64,000 bases of DNA from the NCBI GenBank assembly GCA_964016885.1, contig OZ024755.1:28272001-28336000 (forward strand), given 5' to 3'. Below the pieces are notes generated by a model. It saw only the letters and a program-made list of their open reading frames with translations, was not told where the DNA came from and searched no databases. Within the stretch, counting starts at the first letter, position 1; the number at the start of each line of letters is the position of its first letter. Below are positions 57,631-64,000 of this stretch, in pieces. Source of the DNA: Eledone cirrhosa. Taxonomy: Eukaryota. The position numbers and the translations under genes were made by a program.

Positions 57631-57824
57631 TAATAATTGTTTCTACTTTTGGCACAAGGCCAGCAATTACCCAGTGCATTACTGGTACTTTATTTTATCG
57701 ACCCCGTAAGGATGAAAGGCAAAGTTAACCTCAGCGGGATTTGAACTCAGAATGGCAAGGGCCGTAACCCTATGCGTCGAAGCATGGCGCCCGACCTTCT
57801 ACTGATACTGCCAATCCACCGCCC
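57631..57824 (-). mobile_element. SINE family 1
   Basis: Reverse complement of the consensus. Confidence 0.85.
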
Positions 57825-58017
57825 TATTTAATAATATCCTTCTTCAGACAAGAAGATATGATAAATAGAAAAAGAATGAAACGAGAAGCCATGTTTGATC
57901 TTGTGTATATTGATAGTCGTTCTTCTTGCGTATGTTAATTATTTTGGAGTTGGTGTGTCACGGACAAACTCAAGCAAATGTTCTTGTATGTTTATATGTA
58001 TATAGATAGTTGTGTGA

Positions 58018-58073
<56 letters not shown>

Positions 58074-59852
58074 AAAATATGGGGAGAAGAATACTGCATG
58101 GTTGCACATGGATAACATGTTATAAAATGAGTCCCTCATTAGTGATTTGCCAACGGTCATTGGTATTTCATTGCATTAAAAAAAAAAAAATATATATATA
58201 TATAGAGAGAGAGAGATGTAACTGTGTGGTCGCGCACGTGACGGTATATTTATAAGATATCGATTCGTTTGTAATTATTTCTAGGAAAGCAATATAGAGT
58301 AATGACATAAAACAGAGATGACAACCCCGCCATTGACAGCCATTTCTGTTAATGACATATTTCCTTTAATGCTTAATAGCAACCAAACATATCTGCTTAT
58401 TGATATTAATAGTGTTGATGTTCCGTCTATTTTGGTAATGTTTTCGCTCCTATTGTTGACAAACAATGATTAATTGACGTATTTATAGTAATGTAATTGT
58501 TACTGGACTAATCTTAGCATAGCTGTAATAATATAACATGCAAACATATTTACAATTAAGAAACCCTTTCACAAGCATCCTGATAAAGGAACGAATCAAG
58601 GACTATATTTCCCGACACCGAAGACGCTTCGTCCTCGAGGATGCACCCTAATTTCGACAAACCAAAATTTGAAAAAAAATAATAAACAACCTTCGGCCTC
58701 TAGGACGCATTGTAGATTTTTTAGACTTATTTTATGAAAAAAGTGGCCTCGTCGACGCCGGGAAATACGGTAATACTTGTTTGTGTATTTGAATATCTCA
58801 ACCACTTGTAGATACATATAAATCTATGTAATATATACATTTATAGGTTCAAATATATAAACATAAATATTTGTTTGCTTGTGTATGTAGATGTGTTTGT
58901 CTGTGTCTATGTATGTGTGTGTGCTCTTTTTATCAGTATGATTCTCATAGGCTGGAAATGTGACTTGATAACACGTCATAGCAAATGGTATGATGTGTAT
59001 GTCAGACATTCCTAAGATATGCGCTGGTTGTAGATATCTGACGGCAAGAAGTGTTCGTGGCTTGGCTAAAACTGCCTGGCATTTGCAAGGTGTGAGAAAA
59101 TGTGAGTGAAACAGAAGAATGAGTGAGGAGACTGTAGGTGAAAATACTAATGGAAAATGAGAAGAAACTGCAGAATGATAAGAATGAGAGCAAATGAAAT
59201 CTATAAAACCAAACACCCCTCACCCGTACAAAAAACAAAAACAAAAAAACATAACAAAAACAAAAGCAGTAAAAAAAAAAAACGTTCTAGAAAACGTCTG
59301 AAATATAAGGAGAGAATTGATGTGAGCAGGTGAGAAAGAGTAGTCGGAACAACAAGTTGATTGGACTTCAACAGTTTGTTGGCAGTCATTGAGTGAGGGT
59401 TTGTTTCCTCATTGTGTGTTATTGTTGTTGCTGCTGATGTTATTATTATTATTATTATTATTATTGTTGTTGTTGTTGTTTAGGCACAGGTAAATTCTGA
59501 TCAAGGAGACACACGATGAAAGTTATTCCGGCTATGAATTTCACATCTAATTCTAGAAAGAGGGGTGATTTCGAAGAAGATTTAGGTGCAATTCCCAGCA
59601 GCTCGAGAGATGCTTTAGGTCTTTCGTCGTGGGCTTGGAGTGTTCATAATCAATACTCGTTAATACATTATTCGATAAGTTGATTCGCCCACTAATAAAG
59701 GTGTGTTTCATAATTGTAATAGTAGTTAGAGTTATCTTATACAGGTGAGTATTTTGGCTAAATAACGCCAATTAACTCTCTTTGATCAGATATTCAATTA
59801 AGCAAAACTCTGTGTGTCTCATATAACACATATTATCAGCATTATTTTTCTA

Positions 59853-60220
59853 ATTGGCAGTATCGGTAGAGGGTCGGACGCCATGCTTTGCAGCATAGTT
59901 ACGTCCCTTAACGATCTGAGTTCAAATCCCGCCGAGGTCGACTTTGACTTTCATCCTTAAGGGGTCGATAAAATAAAGTACCAGTAATGCAATGGGTAAT
60001 TGCTGGCCTTGTGTCAAAAAAGTAGAAACAATTATTTATGTGCTGCTACAATCATTAAACTGCGACTACACTAGGCCTGGAAGTTACCTTTTAGCATTGT
60101 ACCAGTAATGCAATGGGTAATTGCTAGCCTTGTGTCAAAAAAGTAGAAACAATTATTTATCTACTGCTACAATCATTAAACTGCGACTACACTAGGCCTG
60201 GAAGTTACCTTTTAGCATTG
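59853..60220 (+). mobile_element. SINE family 1 with tandem duplication of tail plus flank
   Basis: 59978-60098 is duplicated at 60099-60220. Confidence 0.8.
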
Positions 60221-60326
60221 TTTCCTAACTAATGCAATGCATAATTTGCGCAAGGGAAGCCCATTGTGATAAATGTTAAAACAGCACGATATTCTTGTTC
60301 CAATGCATCGAAATTCATCCCGAGCA

Positions 60327-60385
<59 letters not shown>

Positions 60386-61272
60386 CCCCCACACGCACAT
60401 GTACATACACACACTAAATTAAGTGTAAACATACCAATAGATTACGAGAATAATTATATGTGAGAATTCTTTGAGAATTGTTGCATTTGACATTTTCCTC
60501 TCGTGATACTCAGAATATGAGACTCTGAATATCAATAAATGTCAGATACAACAATCCTCACAGTGTTGTTGTTCAAAATAATAGAAAGTTTATGACTTAT
60601 TTTTCTCAGAAATTCAGAACACAACAAACGAAGTTTGATTGCCTTCAAACTTCAAGGATTTAACAGGATAAATATTTAGAAAATCTGAATCTATTTAGAA
60701 AAGCTGAAAGACGCAATGCTTTATTAGAATATAGAAGCGACAAACGTGAACGAGCTCCAACCAAAGCTAAAGAGAGAAGATGAGTGGAATAGCAAAAGCA
60801 TCAAAACTAGTAACTAAGGACAAGATAAATGTATATAAAAACATACAGTAACTAATAAAACATTTCAGACACACACAGATAAAACAATCAACCAACTAGT
60901 GACAAGTAAATAAACGGATAAACAAATAAATAAACAAGTTATTCGATATAAAACTCACAAATACACACACACATACGCATTCACCCCCCCCCCCCCCCAC
61001 ACACATTCTGAGGAAGCAGGATGTTGTGTAAGAGAGATAGACACTGCGATATATCAAACATCGTAGAGTCTATAGATTTAAACGTATCATTATATAAATA
61101 TTGACATACTGATTATTCAAATATCTCCTCGTTCACGAAGTATATTATTTTCCTCGCCTGGCTATGCCCAACTTTCTCTTACAACCGCTAAATCCCACCC
61201 GATGTGAAGGAAACTCTATGAGGCTATTTGCTTACAAAGGAAACGAATATTATTATTATTAATATTATTATT

Positions 61273-61660
61273 GCGGTGGATTGGCAGTATCGGTAGAGGG
61301 TCGGACGCCGTGCTTTGACGCACTGAGTTACGGCCCTTGCCATTCCGAGTTCAAATACCGCTGAGATTAACTTTGCCTTTCATCCTTACGGGGTTGATAA
61401 AATAAAGTACCAGTAATGCACTGGGTATTTGCTGGCCTTGTGCCAAAAGTAGAAACAATTATTATTATGGCGGTGGATTGGCAGTATCGGTAGAGAGTCG
61501 GACGCCATGCTTTCCAGCATAGTTACGTCCCTTTACGGTCTGAGTTCAAATCCCGCCGAGGTTCACTTTGCCTTTCATCCTTACGGGGTCGATAAAATAA
61601 AGTACCAGTAAGGCACTGGGTATTTGCTGGCCTTGTGCCAAAAGTAGAAACAATTATCAT
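61273..61660 (+). mobile_element. Two tandem SINE family 1 copies
   Basis: 61273-61467 and 61469-61660. Confidence 0.85.
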
Positions 61661-62112
61661 TATTTCCATTATTATTTTTATTGCACATCGTTACTGCTTT
61701 ACCGAGCACAGCTCTGTGTGCCTTGCGTATGTGCAGTGTAGTTTTTGCTGGTGTTGTTTCTATTGTATTGATAGTACTTTTCGTAATATGTGTGCAGTCT
61801 CTAATAGTGCTATCTTTTGTATGCTGTGTATATCTGTAAGTCCTGGGGCTGGAGCTATCTATTTGTCTGTGTGTTTTTTTTTATCATTCCTAGAGCACCT
61901 ATTATTATAGGTATTATATCTGTTTTCATTTCCCACATGCGAGTTATTCTTATATCTAGATCTTTATATTTGGAGAGCTTTTCTATTTCCTTGGAAGATA
62001 TATTGTCGTCTGTGGGGATAGATACATCTATTAGAAAGCATTTTTTTTTTCTTTCTGGGATTTGACTATAATATCTGGTCGGTTACTCTTGAGCTGTCTG
62101 TATTGGCATATC

Positions 62113-62116
<4 letters not shown>
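61660..62116 (-). mobile_element. R4/Dong-like RLE LINE 3' end, second family, with (AAT)-rich tail
   Basis: Minus strand: NRPDIIVK..FLIDVSIPTDDNISSKEIEKLSKYKDL..IPIIIGALG..IQKIALLETAHILRKVL. Confidence 0.8.
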
Positions 62117-62171
<55 letters not shown>

Positions 62172-62591
62172 GGGAGAGAAAGAGAAAGAGAGAGAGACGA
62201 ATCGAATAAGAGAGATAGCATAAGACACCTATAAGAGCTAATATCAACCCAGAGTATGGAATGACGTAAATGAAAGGATTAAATATATCTGTCCACTAAC
62301 AGGAAACAACGCGAGATGCAAAAATTTGTTCATTGACGATGAGCAGTTTAGGTCTGCCTACTCAAATATTAGACTTTCGAAATAATTACCTCATCATTTA
62401 AGCTGTGCTCTACGTGAGCTTGATAAAGTTGTATTAAATATGAAATATTAAAATAAAACGTGCAGTATTTAAACACAGTTAAGCCATGTTTTGGTTTTGC
62501 TCCCGTTTTTTATTGATAAATACTATCTGCTCTGTGAAAAACTTTCGTTATATATATACACCAAAACTCGCTATAAGCCTTGGTGATACAA

Positions 62592-62625
<34 letters not shown>

Positions 62626-62725
62626 ATTATACAGACATACATATATATACACACAGATACACACACAAACACACACACATGAATACACACATATATATAA
62701 ATAAGTATAATAATATATAATATAG

Positions 62726-62769
<44 letters not shown>

Positions 62770-63114
62770 ATCAAGGTTTAGCAAATAAGAAAAAGTTTCA
62801 AAATAAATTTCAAAAAATTCACTGTACTCACTATGGTTACCTTTACCGAATCGGTTTCGAGTCTCAAAAATAAATGGACAGTCCTTGCGGCCTTCCATTG
62901 AAAGGATAAACTCTCGTCAGAAGGTTCTTTTAACTAGGAGAATATAAAATTAGTTCAAATTACGAACTGGCGCTATTCAAAATTGTTCCCGAGATGAGAA
63001 TGAATGATCGTGTAGGGTTATATACATATATATATATATATATATAGAAAAAAAGATGAAATCGAAAATGCAACTGGAGTCTTATTTTAAAAAAATATAT
63101 ATATATTTATTTGG

Positions 63115-63156
63115 TTCCTTCACCGGTTTCGCAGTTCTTCTGCTTTTCAAAAGTAG
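63115..63156 (-). ncRNA. Hammerhead-like fold, U3-A8 core, GUG at the cleavage triplet
   Basis: Minus strand: CTT TTGAAAA GCAG AAGAA CTGC GAAAC CG GTG AAG. Confidence 0.5.
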
Positions 63157-63264
63157 AGTTGAGATGGAGGGTCACAGACCCTCCATCTCAACTCTACTTT
63201 TGAAATGTTGATTTAAAACTGCACTATTCACAAGTGTTTTTTAACCTTCATATAATGTCTCCCT

Positions 63265-63333
63265 ATTTTATCTGACGAAAACGCAAATGTCATCGCATGA
63301 TGATATTTGTTTTTGAAATGCACATAATAAAAT
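63265..63333 (+). ncRNA. Hammerhead family C (CTGACGA core)
   Basis: ATTTTAT CTGACGA AAAC GCAAATGTCATC GCAT GATGATATTTGT TTTT GAAAT GCAC ATA ATAAAAT. Confidence 0.75.
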
Positions 63334-63457
63334 ACATGGAACTCTTTTAACCATCTTTTGATCGTATATATTATTTATACTCCAGTCCTACAAACTGTAG
63401 AGTGCTACTTATCCGATATCTGCATTGCTTTAGTGTACTACAATAAAACTCACCTCC

Positions 63458-63496
<39 letters not shown>

Positions 63497-63585
63497 GTAT
63501 ATATGCATATATATATGTATGTATATATTGAAACAATTGTACTATGCAATAAAGTTTCATAACAAGCTGCAAATCTGACTTCCTA

Positions 63586-63707
<122 letters not shown>

Positions 63708-64000
63708 TATATGTACACACATATATATTGTTAATTTCCTCCGAACTGAATAGAGCTAATCATTCTATGATGGATGTCGTTGGATATGAAAATACGAAGA
63801 TATTACGCTATAAGCCACATATGCGTGGGACGAGTAAATATCGATTAATTTGATTGATTGAACACACTCATACAAATATGTACCTTAATAATGATATTTC
63901 TATATATATGTACATACAGAAACACTTTCATATAGAGAAAGTCAGAGAGATGCAATCTTTCGTAAGCCTATTGTTTTATTTGTCAAGTTGTATGACTATT

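Overview
AT-rich eukaryotic non-genic or intronic DNA, dense in microsatellites. The tRNA-derived SINEs and repeat landscape suggest an octopod cephalopod (inference). No host gene can be supported, and nearly all ORF-track entries are translations of (TA)n, (CA)n or trinucleotide tracts. The real coding remnants are all retroelements: an internally deleted Penelope-like element (PLE) with a ~750-bp inverted 5' copy, R4/Dong-type RLE LINE 3' ends, and CRE, RTE and CR1-like fragments. There are also ~20 SINE copies, three copies of a ~610-bp (TACA)n-flanked element, a non-autonomous Helitron, MITE ends and a 30 x 46-bp minisatellite. The main hidden signal is at least 8 distinct families (~18 copies) of short elements embedded in (TA)n tracts. 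Each carries a type-I hammerhead ribozyme (HHR) fold, and many sit as fold-back palindromes. They include non-canonical cores (UUGAAAA, a U3-A8 swap of the C3-G8 pair) and unusually long stem-II insertions (60-115 nt). One family is physically linked to the PLE RT. All folds were read by eye; none was computed or tested.
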